This document shows, in pieces, positions 1 to 13,365 of a stretch of 64,000 nucleotides of DNA. Position numbers and translations under genes: made by a program. The stretch lies in contig CM082580.2 in assembly GCA_040954595.2 (NCBI GenBank), positions 5,897,519 to 5,961,518 of the forward strand, read 5' to 3'. The notes beneath the pieces are model-generated. The model made no database searches and had not been told where the DNA came from. It saw only the letters and a list, made by a program, of their open reading frames with translations. Source of the stretch: Balanoglossus misakiensis. Lineage: Eukaryota > Animalia > Hemichordata. How positions within the stretch are numbered: position 1 is the first letter of the stretch; every line of letters begins with the position of its first letter.

Positions 1-1038
1 CTACACACACTGTCATACGTACCGTCATACAGTCCACAACTATCACTATGCATCGCTATTTGATAGCTGTGATTTTCTCACGCGAAGTTTACGCAACTAT
101 CTTCAGATCAACCTTTCTGGTGCGCGCGGTAGTATACACAGCGTTACACGGGGCAATCATAACTTCTCACTGTGTACGGCACCGTGTCCATTCAATCCGG
201 AATGCAACGCGCGCTGGACACGAAACGCCGGTGATATTTGATCGGCTTCGCAATCGACAACTTAGTACGCCCTCATAAGTCAGAAATTGCAGATCGCTCG
301 TGTACAACACAGTGATGGACTGGTCAGTTGGCGGGGGGGGGGTCCAGTTTCTCCGACATACATGCACTAAAACAAATTGACTGTCTGAACAAACTGCATC
401 TGACGTCTGCACAACTGATCATAGAGAGTACATGTACCACACTGTAGTATGCATGTAAGTTAATACTAGACGAAAAATCGACAACTGTTGCCTTTCACAC
501 GCCCCCATGTCAAAATGGGTTACCCTAAACTTGTATACATTTCCGGTGACCTTCGTGCTGAGGGCAACCGAGTCGGGGCAAAGTGACATTGATCAGCTCA
601 GTTGTGTTTGTGGGGTTTCGGACATGGTGCTGGTGTCAACAGTGTGAGATCTGCGATCTGATAATTCTTGTAGTATCCGGAGGTATAATTTGACCCTTGA
701 ACACAAAGTGAAGGAAGCGATATTTGTATTACAGTCGTCACACAGGCCCGAAAAGATGACCGTGACCGCGGGATGGATATGTCATGATTGAAGTCTCCCC
801 ACCACTGCTGTGACGTGACCGAACTGTGCAATTTACTCCGTTACATCGGATGATCGGATGGACGCGATAATATTACAAGTATCATAATTTGATTTCACCG
901 CTATATTGTCACGTGACACCAGGTCTTTGCCCGGAGATCATTATCATACGTCTGTAAACAAGTCGTGTCGTATTGTTGCCCGACCCGTACGTGGAAGTCC
1001 TTTGGCGCTGTACGCACTGCGAAGGATATATAAACGCG

Positions 1039-4000
1039 ATGAAAATTGACGTTCACAATCACATTTTACCCGAGAGGTGGCCGGATTTGAAAGAGGTGGG
1101 TTGTTTTTAGCAGTGTGCGTCGCCTTTATTCTGATTCAGGATCTTCGTTGGCCTTGGTGCAATTACGATGTTGAATTGGTATATTGGCATTTGCTAAAGG
1201 TCGATCTGACAGCTGGGAGCTGCGGATACGAGTGTTCAGCGTTTTCCCAAAATCCCGAGACAGTCTAACACCAAACAGAAAGATTCTTGGTTTCAAATAC
1301 CACCCCTAAGTAAGAAAAACGAATCCCGACAAGGTCAACTGTCAACCTTGTTTTTTTCCCCTAATGAATATTTTTGATGACGTCTCAGATCAGTGCCAAC
1401 TACTGTCCATACAAGTTTTGCACACACAAATGACAAAGTCAGTTTGAACTAGCTGTACTGTGGAAACGCAGCTGTGACGTTTGGGGGGTGGGGAGATGCT
1501 GATTACCCGCGGGGGGGGGGGGTAATCAGCACCCCCCCCCCCCCCCGAACAGTACAGCTGCGTTTCCATTGCTAAGTTTGAACCAACATGCACTGCTGAC
1601 AATTTTTGACTTGACATTATTAACAGTTTGTCAAGACCACCTGTACCTTCTGGCTCTGCAACTATCAACTGATGCATTCATCTAATAGACAAGGTTTTAA
1701 AAAAATGAAATTTCATTTTATTGTATCTGCTAGCTTTGTATAAAGCAGATTGGAACAGACTAGCTGTGAAATACAATAACTGTCTTTGCTGTCAAATCTC
1801 GGAAGAAAAAATTCTCCACTTGTCTTCTTATTGCAAACAGAGGTATGGCTATGGTGGCTGGATCCAGATGCACCACCACTGCAAAGGCAAGGCCAAGATG
1901 ATGAAAGACGGGAAGATGTTCCGGGAAGTGGAGGAGAACTGCTGGGATCCGGAAGTGAGGATCCAGCAGATGGATCAGACAGGTAAATAAAGAGCGGCCT
2001 GGGAATATATCCTGAAAATATGAGTATACTGTCCCAACACTCAAAGTATTCAGCACTAGGGTCATTACATGGTGTCATTAACATCAGTATCAGAGCCCAT
2101 GTGTGTTAGGCTGTCACTGACCTGATTACTACTGAAGTAGATGTACATGTTACCAGTTCAGCCCTTTGATCTCAATTGACAACACACTGGTTGTGTTCAC
2201 CTCAGTGTTTGATTAATAGGTTTATTTATTTGCAATACGGCATGATTCTGCAATGATGACGTCAGTAACAGAGGTAAACTCTCTCAAAAGTTAACTGTCA
2301 TTGATAAGGTTTAATATACAAACCCAAACTTTTTTTTCTGCTCATGTCAGCCATTCATTGCTGTGCCGTTTTTTCTTTTTTGTCCAGGAGTGACGGTACA
2401 GGCTCTCTCTACCGTACCAGTCATGTTCAGCTACTGGGCCAAGCCGGAGGACACCTTGGATTTGTGCGGGATATTGAACGACGACATCGCCAAGATCTGC
2501 AAGAAGTATCCGACCAGGTTTGTCGGGCTGGGAACGGTTCCCATGCAAGCGCCCGACCTGGCCATCCAGGAAATGAAAAGATGCGTCCAGGTGGGAATTT
2601 TTTTCCGTACCTTTCACAAGTTCACAAAAAATATCCCTTTTTTGGTCAGAGGGCTGAATTAGAAACCAAAGTTTGGATTTTGGTTTTACTGATTTCAATT
2701 TTACTGTTGGCACTGACTTTTATGCTCTTGGCAAACTTACGTAAAAATACACACACAGCAATGAAGCTTCTAGAGAAGACAACAATTCTTACAACTCACA
2801 GGATTTCATGTACACAAGTCAAGTAATAAAATCTAAAACTGTTTCAGTCAAGATACTCTTACATACTCACTTTTCATCATTCTGAAATGGTATTTAGAAT
2901 AAGCTAGCTGTCTGTGGGTTGTTTTTTTTTAAAGACAGTGTATTTACCTACAAAAGTTTCGGATTCAACCCAATCTGAAATTTCGCGGTTTTTTTTACGA
3001 CTGCGTTTCTAAGTCAATCCTTGTTGTTTTTCGTCCTCACACCCCAAAAACTTTGAAAGACAAGTCGGTCAGAATTTTAAAAATCAAATCAGGTCTGTGC
3101 GCACCGGTGTAAATTAACAGATAGTTTCCTTATTGTCTGTAGGAGCTTGGATTTCCCGGAATACAGATAGGCTCACACGTGAATGAATGGAACCTGGATG
3201 CACCGGACCTTTTACCAGTGTTTGCCGTAAGTGTCAGCATTTGATCCATGCCCCATTCACACCGGCAAAAACTTGACAGTGTCGGAATTGATATTTCTGA
3301 CCCATTTTTCAAACAAGAGACTTTAGGACGTGGACACGAGGAGTACCGTACACCATTTTCTTTTAAATCAGAGATTTTGTCTGTGTTACCAAAGGATTAC
3401 TGGGAGTGATTGTGTAAAGTCTCTAAATTCTGCAGCCTGAAGTGAAGGACATATCCTTTTATGGGAAAGCCTTCTGTGGCTGCGGATGAGACAATAAAAA
3501 AGACTTAAGAAATACTTAGCCATGAAACTGCACACACCCCGGATTCTTTGTTGTGCTTTTTGTGCAATTCTGCATTGAAAGTTACGTAACACTTGCTACA
3601 TTGCATGTTACTGTGGCTCCATTGAAATTCTGTTGTGTACAGTGATTGCCTACAACTTTCACAGGCAGACACTGTGAAAATGCTTTCAGATCAGCAATTC
3701 AAAACATACGAAATCTGAAGTGTTTGGTTTATCAAAATCTTCATTGAAATTTTTGACAAGAAGCCAAGTGGCCTATAATTCTACCATCGTAAAATTAAGC
3801 CATTAACTTGACTGTGTATAACTGTCAACACTGCATCTCTGGGCACAAAGTTTTAAATTTTATTCCATCAAGGAATTTGAAAGTTCCGCAACCAGCAACA
3901 AAACAGTGGCAACAGTACAATTTCAGAAATACACCCTTAAAAATAGAAACAAAATGAAATCTGTGCGATTTAGAGCATATTTCAGACTGTCACAAGTTCA

Positions 4001-6343
4001 AGAGACGATTTTCATGAGTTAACCCTTTCAGCACCATTGTTTGAGCGAAAGCCATTGTTTGCTATGTTTATGTCCGATCACTAGTGGGAAACAGAGGTGA
4101 AAGGTTAAACCCACCTGCTCCTTCTCCCATTGGTTGAGATGACAAATGGCACAGGTTTAGTTTGATTTGGAATTATATTCAATAATACATGATACCTGTA
4201 GACACAAAAGTACGAACAATTAGGAATGATCACACTTGTGGGAAACTACATATGTCGTACACAAAATGTACGTCAAAAAATCATCAGTCAAATGTCTTAT
4301 TATGACCCAAGACAGTCTACTATGGAAAATATGTGTGTGTGTTTTTGTCCCTCCTCAGTCATCAGGTTTTCAGCAATACGAGAGAGAGAGATCTAGCCAA
4401 TCACAGATTTTCAGTGGGTGGCACACATAAAAAAGAGCCCCATTTGTTCTTTAGAAAACTCAGATACGCTGCTTTAGCCATTTATGGACATATGCAAATT
4501 GGAGGTGACTTTGTACCTTTAAGCTGTAAGTCTGTAGATATGACTTGATGTCGTTTGCTCTCTCGCACCACCCAGGCTGCTGAAGAGATCGGCTGTTCCC
4601 TCTTTGTCCATCCCTGGGATATGGAGCTGAGTGGGAGGATGTCCAAATACTGGCTGCCCTGGTTGGTGGGCATGCCGGCAGAGACCACCACAGCCATGTG
4701 CTCCATGATATTCGGAGGGGTGCTGGAAAGATTTCCCAAACTCAAGGTCTGCTTTGCTCACGGTGGTAGGTGTTAGAATTTACAGTCTCTTATTGAAGTG
4801 ATTCAGAACTACTGTAAAACACTTTATTTTCGCGAGCAATTAATTTTCACCAAATACGCAAGAGCCAAAATAGCGTGAATATAAAAAGTCGCGTAAATTG
4901 TCTTTGAGGATAACGATGAAGTGAATGAAATAAGAGAACGCGAAAATTAATACTCGCGAAACAGTGGCCGCTCTCGATATCGCGAAAAATTTAACTCGCG
5001 AAAGTAAAGTGTTTTACGGTATTTTATAGCTGCTGTTTTTGATGATTACATTTCACTATTTTTGTCTTTAAAGCCCAAGTAGTTGTTTGACAGAAGCTGA
5101 TAAAGAAGGTATACCTTTAATGATTTCATACCGGATCACTGTTCATTCCTGACCACCAATTTTCCTTCGGATGTGACAACACCCCCATTATATTCCCCCC
5201 CCCCCTCACAGGTGGCTCATTTCCATACACCATCGGTCGGATCGAACACGGATTCAACGTGAGGCCGGACTTGTGCGCCGTGGAAAACCCCATCAACCCC
5301 AGGAAGTACCTGGGTCAGATCTACACAGATTCCCTGACGCATGATACCAAGGGTCTGAAGCTGTTGGTGGACGTCATGGGAGAGGTGAGTTGTGATCAGT
5401 CCCCTCACCCACCCCCACCCCCACCCCCAGCCTCAGCCCTCGCCGTTCACATTTCATCAGCACTGTCTTTGAGTGTGGATGATTATTAAAACCAGTTAGA
5501 TTCAGACTGCTGTTGAAATGATGCGAGACTGTACCACAGAACTGGTACAATAGGCGAAACTAATCCCATTGCAAATTCTGACCTGTTCTGTCACTATTAA
5601 AACAGATGTCTCACCACAGTATTCTTAAAATGCACTAATTCACTGAAAATAGCGAATGTATACTGACATAATCACATTATCAGTGGATGTCATGTATGAA
5701 GCTGCTTCCACCCTGTTATTCAAATGAGTTTCAAAAGTAGTCAGTGTGATTGCATATGTACATGAAAATAGTTTAGTGGTTGGCTTGCAAAGTAATTTTC
5801 ACACACACACAAACACACACACACTTGAAATATAGTGCATTCCCAAGCATTAGCCTTCTTCATCGAGTGAGTTTTCAAAGACAAAGAGCTGAGCTTGTCA
5901 TTATAAAAGAGAGAAGAAAAAAGAGAAAGTCAGTGCTGTGCACTATCTGTCACTCATGTGCATGTTAGCAAGTTTTTCACCCCTCCCCCCCCCCCCCCCC
6001 AGTTCCCGCTGTAGAGGTCTAACCTTATTAGAAAACAACGGATTTGGCCTGAACCATGGTGGTGAAAGGTTCTCTCCCCGAAGACCATTTCCCTATTAAA
6101 ACCTAGTCAACTGGTAGGCTGATGTTACTTTTGTGTCTTTGACAGGATCGTGTGATGCTTGGTAGCGATTTCCCGTTCCCACTTGGAGAACACCATCCCG
6201 GAAAACTTATAGAGTCAGTAGAAGACTTCAGTGATGAACTCAAGGTGGGCACATGTATCTGAGTTTTACATTTTTTCAAATACGAAATTGAGCTTATTTC
6301 AGTATGGCATGGTAAAGTGCCACTATCTGTAACTTGAGGTTAT

Positions 6344-6374
<31 letters not shown>

Positions 6375-6794
6375 TTTGTGTACCAACTCCATATCATTGT
6401 TCCTTGGAGCATCCCAACACACCAAGTTTTCTGCTTGTCAACAAGTCGTGTGTATGTGTACCGACCATTGTCGTTGTTGTCGACAAACGCAAGTGTGGAC
6501 TTGCATAAATATGTTGTTGTTTTTTTAATTGGTCAACGGGTTGTAAATTTCTACCTATCATGCTGGGCTGCGTCTGTGCTTGTTTGCATCCATCGTTATT
6601 CTATTATCTGTCAAACGTTTTCCTTTTCTCTGCAGGACAAACTTCTCACTGGCAATGCGTGCGAGTTTTTAGGCCTGGAGAGGTCAAAGTTCCAGCCGGC
6701 TGATTGCTCGCATGCTGCTTGCGGCTCAGGCTTCAGAAACAGTGCAGCCATCGATGGCGACGAGCCGTCACCAAAGAGAGTCAAGACACAGTGA
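1039..6794 (+). CDS. ACMSD: 2-amino-3-carboxymuconate-6-semialdehyde decarboxylase (amidohydrolase family), 8 exons, ~368 aa
   Basis: Exons 1039-1095, 1841-1982, 2388-2590, 3143-3226, 4576-4765, 5212-5384, 6146-6244, 6636-6794, all GT-AG and in phase. Motifs [11 protein letters not shown] (HxH metal site), [49 protein letters not shown] and [11 protein letters not shown] match ACMSD. Confidence 0.96.
1461..1568. mobile_element. Palindromic (fold-back) MITE-like element in ACMSD intron 1
   Basis: Terminal inverted repeat TGGAAACGCAGCTGT/ACAGCTGCGTTTCCA, inner arms TGCTGATTACCC/GGGTAATCAGCA and opposing poly-G/poly-C tracts. Confidence 0.6.
4019..4108. mobile_element. piggyBac-type ~85-90 bp MITE (TTAA-flanked)
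   Basis: TTAA-CCCTTTCA...TGAAAGG-TTAA with CCATTGTTT core; same family as 51414-51506. Confidence 0.6.
4812..5019. mobile_element. TA-flanked MITE (Tc1/mariner-type)
   Basis: TA|CTGTAAAACACTTTATTTTCGCGAG ... CTCGCGAAAGTAAAGTGTTTTACGG|TA, ~25-bp imperfect TIR. Related fragments at ~53235-53325 and ~57925-58016. Confidence 0.7.
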
Positions 6795-8986
6795 AAACTC
6801 CCACGCAGTGGGGGGGGGGAGGGAATTCCCCCATTTTGTCTCACACACACAGCGGGCAGCATTTTCTGTAATTCGGTTGCAGTGTCTGGTAGAGGGCGCT
6901 ATTCAAGATTGTAATTTCAGCTCAACACCAAGTGATGGTGTATATTTTTGAGTGATATATGTTTAACACATATTTACATTGCAAGAATACAGCTGGATTA
7001 ATTTTGATGAAACAAAGACTTAGCGATCTATAAGGAGCTTTTATATATTTTGGTGGTGGATATTGTTATATATGATAGAGTGCTTCCGGCACTGTTTTGA
7101 CATTTTGTTGTCTTGCCAAAACAATATATACATGTATACCAAACTCTCTTCAAGTTAGTGGTTTTTAACTTGCTTCTAGTGTACTACCTTGGTTTTCACA
7201 CTTGTATTTTTTAACAGCCTATGAAATTTCTGGTATAAGAATTTTCCAAATGTAAGTCCTTTGATGATCCCTGATCAGAATTTTTGTCTTGGATATGATG
7301 TTGTAGGTTTAATACCAGGTTGTTTGTTGTTTGTTTGTTTGGGGGGGGGGGGGTGTTTCAGGGTGGGTAAAGAAAAGATGGGAGGTACTAGTGTCAGCCT
7401 GGATCAGGTTGACAGGATTGCATGTACATGCTGCATACTTGTGTGGTACTAACCGACTTGAATGAGTTTTCGATTTTGCACCATCCACTGTTAATTGTGT
7501 GTTAGAAATGTGCTACAGTGTATTATGAAGGGATGCTTTTATTTGGACTGTGCTGTCAACATTTTGTACAAACGGATACTGCAGTACGTTGCGTTGCGCT
7601 GAAATTGCTCGTAGTGCTGTTTGCCAAATTTAAGATTGTCTGCTCATCGCGAGCCAGATAATACAAGTCCAGCACTGTATGAAATCCGCATAGGCGCAGA
7701 TTTTAAGAAAAAAATTGCGACTTTTGTGCCGTTCGACACGATGTGCAATGTGTTGTTTGTCCTGTGTCACATGAGAATATCCTTGCATGTAAACTGCCTT
7801 TATACCATGCGAGATCTCGCGGAGTTTGGAAAATGGTCTATTGAATTTCTCTGAGTACTCTACCATGAACGAGTACGCCGTTTTCAACATGAGCAGTGGT
7901 TCTACTTGTATTGGTTGCTGAAGTCAACTACTGTATTGAGAGTTGCCATTGTGGCGTACACAAAATTGTATTGATGTAAAGTTTTTTTTACAGGTTTATG
8001 ATATCGATCATTTGCAATAAGCAACTCTATCCCAATCGTACATGCTAGATGTTGTTTCACAAGAAACCAAATTTCATTGTTTTATAGTTTTCAGCTATAA
8101 AGAAAACCTTATATACCAGGGGAAGTCATACATCAGTAACATGTAGAATGGGTTAATGTTTTGTTAGATCCAATATTATAGGTGTTCTAGGTTTTAAATG
8201 GTTGTAAATAAAAACTTAACACAGCAATGTTGTTGGTCGCGAGGCAGGAATACGTCTTACACTAACCCAGTAAGTGAAATTTCCACAGTAGTAGACATCT
8301 TGGCAGCTACAGTCCACATAATACTTTGGGGAATATTCAGTATTCAGCTTGTAAACAAACAAGTGAAATTTTGGGATTCATTTCACCAAACCAGTGTACA
8401 ATAATTCATATTACAAGAGTGCAAAGACATTTATTTACTAAAAATATTATAACATTGATAATAAAGATTTCTAACAAGTGACACTATTGTATTTATGTCT
8501 GTTGTTTTGTCTGAGTATGTATGTATGTATGTATGTGAAATTTTTCAACAAAAAGCAAACATTTTCTCAAAAATACAAATATGCAACTTTCATCTGTAGC
8601 AGTAAATTGTTATATATTGAATTCAGCAATCAGTCGGGTAATCATTGATGCACCTATGCAAGAGAGTTCCAGCTGTAAAAAGCGAGTTTATATCAATGCT
8701 CCTAAATAAATGTGAAATAAACATAATAAAAATTAGTTTTAGACAGTTTGAAGACTATAAATTTTAATAGTCAACTGAAAAATTCAGGACTTGAAAAACA
8801 TGTTCTGAAAAATTAGTATGATACATTCATTTTTAATGAAATCATTTCTTCAATTAATATTGTTGTGTCAGATGTTGTAGTGCATGAGATCAAAAGTGTA
8901 TTTTGCCAGTCAGACCCGAAGCTTCCACAAAATGGATGGTTGCAATGACTGAATTGGGTACCGACTGCTACTTCATTGTGATTGTT

Positions 8987-10538
8987 TTAGTCAGGGTAGA
9001 CTAGGTACCCATTGAATGTGTTGCAATTTCCTATCCCACAATAGTCTGTACAGTAAAAGTAACCACTGCGCATCACTAATTTGACTTGATCACCTTGGTT
9101 CAGGTGTAACATGCCACTCTGTGAGTGAACGTCAGATCCTGAAGCAGTTGACCGATAAAGTGCAAACTTGTATTCATCATTCTGTTTGAGTTTTATGTAC
9201 AGGGATTTACCATTGTATGAACGGAATGTGAAAGAGAAATAATAGATGCCAGGAACTTGACAAGTGAACACACCAGTGTTGATATCAATATCGGCACCTT
9301 CTTGTACTATCACATCAGTATAGGTGATAGTTTGCTCTGAATTGGTACCGATGACATCAGATTTCCTTACAACAGAAAATGCCACCTTGGCTTGTCGTAC
9401 TTCACCCACTTCACCTTTCTGACCTTTGACCCCAGATTCTCCAGTTTCACCCTTGACACCATCAGTCCGGCCACTCTCACCTTTTGGACCCTGTGGACCA
9501 ATCTTTCCAGGAAAACCAGTTTTACCTTTGACACCAGGGTGACCTTCAAGTGTTCAAGACAAAACAATTTGCAGATCAGATAATACCTGCAGGGCATGTA
9601 CATATATGTTGGGTCTTCAAAAGTCTCAAAAATATTTCAACTCTTTAAAAATGGAAAGAATTCTACTTTGAAATGTTTTTCTTAAATTATTAAAACATTG
9701 TGAAGCATGTTTCCAATATTTTATTGATGACAACTACCTGTTTCTCCTTTGGCGGCCAAATGTCCCTTCTCTCCTTTCTCCCCTGGTTCACCTTTGACCC
9801 CTGGAGTCCCTGCAGGACCTATCACACCAGGCTGACCTACAAAAAAAAAATACCACCAATCAATCATCATTGCCACTCAAAGGACAGCTATTTTTTGTTA
9901 TTTTTGTTCACTGAAATATGTTTTTTGTCTAAACTTTTCCTTTCAGACTAATCCAGAGGTGGATTTCTATTTTAAAAAAGCATGGAGATACCATTCCCTT
10001 CTAGCCCTACACCATTCACAGAAATTCTACCATACCACTCATTATTACACATAACTCTCACCAATTTCTATGACCTCACATATAGTATAGTCCCCGTGCG
10101 ATAAATGTCATGCGCGACCCTTACCTCCCATTGTGCACTATCACCTATAATCACCAAACTTATTGAAGTGAAAATGTCAGTTTTGATGAAAGAACAATTC
10201 ATATACATATGACAGATAACAATAGAAGATAGTGCATGAATTATTATAAGGACCAATACATGCTTTCAGATGGAAGTAGCACACACAGCTATGATTGTAC
10301 AAAACCAACACTTACACACAATTACTTCAATGATAAAAATACCCAAGTTTCCCTGATAGAGGGCAGTATTACCTTGTCTTCCAATTGGGCCTGGTTGGCC
10401 TGGCATTCCCGTTTGACCAGTTCTCATATCAGGCCATGAGTCCGGGCAAATACTCAGACATTGGTCCCCATCAGTCACTTGTGCAGTGTTGGTGTGGACA
10501 AATCCAAGCAGCATACTCATAATCAGCCAATAATTCAT
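8987..10538 (-). CDS. Secreted collagen-like C1q-domain protein (C1qDC/CTRP-like), copy 1, ~273 aa
   Basis: Exons 10538-10373, 9836-9738, 9543-8987. Signal peptide [24 protein letters not shown] motif, Gly-X-Y repeats, gC1q motifs ([46 protein letters not shown]). A non-coding 5' exon probably ends at the donor after 11095. Confidence 0.93.
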
Positions 10539-13365
10539 GCTGGAAGTGAAACATAAAACATGGTGTTGGATTAATTCAGAGAATATCCTTTTATTTTAGA
10601 GGAAAAGAAAAAATTGCAAACTTTCTTTTTGGTTGACGGAAACTGATAAGAAAAACTGGTCATATGATACCATGGCTGGTACCCTGCCTAAGTGACAAGC
10701 ACATGACACATCTTGCTTGTCTAGTCACGTGAGACACAGTGTTCAGTGAATATGATACCAGGATGTCTGTTCAGTATGTTGTCATTAGCACTTCACCCAT
10801 CCCTGCAGTAATAAAATGCCATCACCAAAAATCCTATCACATTTTGGACTAGGGAATACTGCCACAAATTGTTGATAGATAAATGCATGTAGTTTCTAAT
10901 GAGCATTTACTCAAAGTGAAAGAACCATTTATGACTGCTGCGAAAGTATTATAAAATGCTGCGTTGACTCAATAAAGGAAAACAAACTTTTCAGCAGCAA
11001 GCTAAATATTCTATCGCATGCCAAAGGGAATATTATTGTCAAACTGTTACTGCTGTCATATTTAAGATCAAAATTAAGGATTTCATAAGTCTACCTTGCT
11101 TGCTTCGGTCTTTGTTTGTCTCCAAACCCAAAAGATGTAGATATTTCTGACTCCTCTCTGAACTCTGCCAAGTCTTCTTCACTTTAACCGTTCAGTCGTT
11201 GTTTCTTGGTGAAAGTTTAAGAAACTGGAGGTTGTTTTGATATCAGGTAATTTACATATCAGCAAGTCCACTCTTTTGTGGGAGAGTTTAAGAGGGGCTT
11301 TTACACAGTTTGTGTCCTTACATATCTTTCCCAAATCACTTTGCAAAAAGTCAACTTTTCAACTTTAATATGATTTTGTTTTAATCCTAAAGGCATATAC
11401 ATAATATACCATTTCTTTCTATTACATTGTGCACATCAGTTTCTGATCAATAATTCCTACCTCCATTCCGCAGCAAGTGAGATACCAAAACTGTTAAATT
11501 TAGCACCATATATGGCCATCAACTGCTGGTGACTGCATAGGGGCTGTGCTTAATATTTATGCTTGGTGTATTTATAATGTCCACTGTATTATAATGTTTG
11601 AGCCAGGCTCTGTACTGCAGCCATTTTAGCAATTCTTGATAAATAATCAATTCTTGGTTTTGCATGCATGATCTAGAAATCATTCATTTCAAAGGAAATA
11701 AGAAAAAAAATACTGAAAAAAAATTAAATCAGGTGTTAGGTGATAAATTCATATTTGTCCTGATTTTTTTGAAAAGTTAATATGCTTCAAAGATTATCCA
11801 TTTTCGAAAGTAAGCATATTATTTTTATTGATTTCCAATTTCCCGCGTTAAAAAAACTTTCATTATGACTTGATAATCAAATTGATTGTAAATGTTTCAT
11901 GACTGTAACACACTTTTCTGGTTGCATTCAAATAATCTTCAACAGCGCCACCAAAGTTGAATAACGTACTAAGGTCCTCAGTATCATCATGCAGCTACTC
12001 TAGTGCATTTATAGCAACATGTCAGGGTTTTTTTTTGCATAAGAATGAAAAATGAATATTAATTTGAATTTTATGAAATATAGTTTCTATCAAAACTGTA
12101 ACGATTACAAATTACAGATCTTAAAATCAGCATGTCTGCAGTTTTACAAGTTATAATAATTAAAATAATGCCTGAAAATCTCACTTGTTTTTGGGATCAG
12201 TGGAATTTTAAAATCTTCATGCTCATAATTGTTCAGGATCCCTCAGAGGGAGTTTAATTGTAAACCTTACTGGCATGATGTTTAAAATCAAAAATAAAAT
12301 GGTAATCTTAAGCCTCATTCGACATTCTAGTCTGAACATCAAATTTGTACTCTATGAAGAAACAAAAGTTACTGGCTACTTTGACCACTGGTGGCGCTGT
12401 GTGTTAGCGCAGTGACCGTGGCGCCCCCCAAACTAAATTTACGGCTGCAGAATGATTTGTCACCAAGGGGTGAACCATTTGAATTCTGGGGTGGAAATTT
12501 ACTTATTTTCTAATTCTCAACACTACATTCAAAACACTAAGCCCTGCAGCCCTGGGTGTCAAATCATGAAATGCTTAAACCTAAAATTCCCAAAGGTACT
12601 TAATATCACACCTGCCCAAGGATCATCTCTTACCAGAGGCTTTCTAACTGTCCACACTGCGGGAGAAATACAAACATTATCAAATTCATGGTACGAAAAA
12701 AACAGCTTCACCTAAATCTTCTGAGGACTACAACCACTACTGCAGTAACTTAAAATAAACTGATTTAAAATTTTAAAAAGGAATAAGTGAAAGATACATT
12801 GGATGGTGAGAATATCAGATAAATTGCAACTATTGTTAAAAGTAGGTGTGGAAACTGTAAATTTAAATGCAGTCTGTTTATTGACATGTAATATTCTAAA
12901 TCACATACAAATATTTGGTTTTAGCTTTTTGTTAACAATCTGGAATATTTTGTTTTTAATTAATCATGTGAAAGCAATATTATGGAAATATACTCCAGTG
13001 TATAATATATTGTAGTTGCACAGCACCCGGGGCCCTTACCCGAGCAACTACGGAATAACTATTTCCAGCTTTAAAAAACACTCGTGTATATCAATTCTCT
13101 TAAAACTATCCTTACATGTTCCTTAAATGAAATAAACATAATAAAACAGCTGTTAATAAATCAACTGAATACATTATGGAATTTTACACATATTATTGTA
13201 ATTATTGTAAACAATCATTTCTCCAATTAAACAAATATTGTTGTGTCAGATGTTGTAGTGCATGAGATCAAAAGTGTATTTTGCCAGTCAGACCCGAAGC
13301 TTCCACAAAATGGATGGTTGCAATGACTGAACTGGGTACCAACTGCTACTTCATTGTGATTGGTT

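Noticed and set aside
1-1000. CpG-rich stretch with short ORFs upstream of ACMSD
   Set aside because: Probably promoter or the 5' end of a gene outside the window; no coding or splice model is supportable here.
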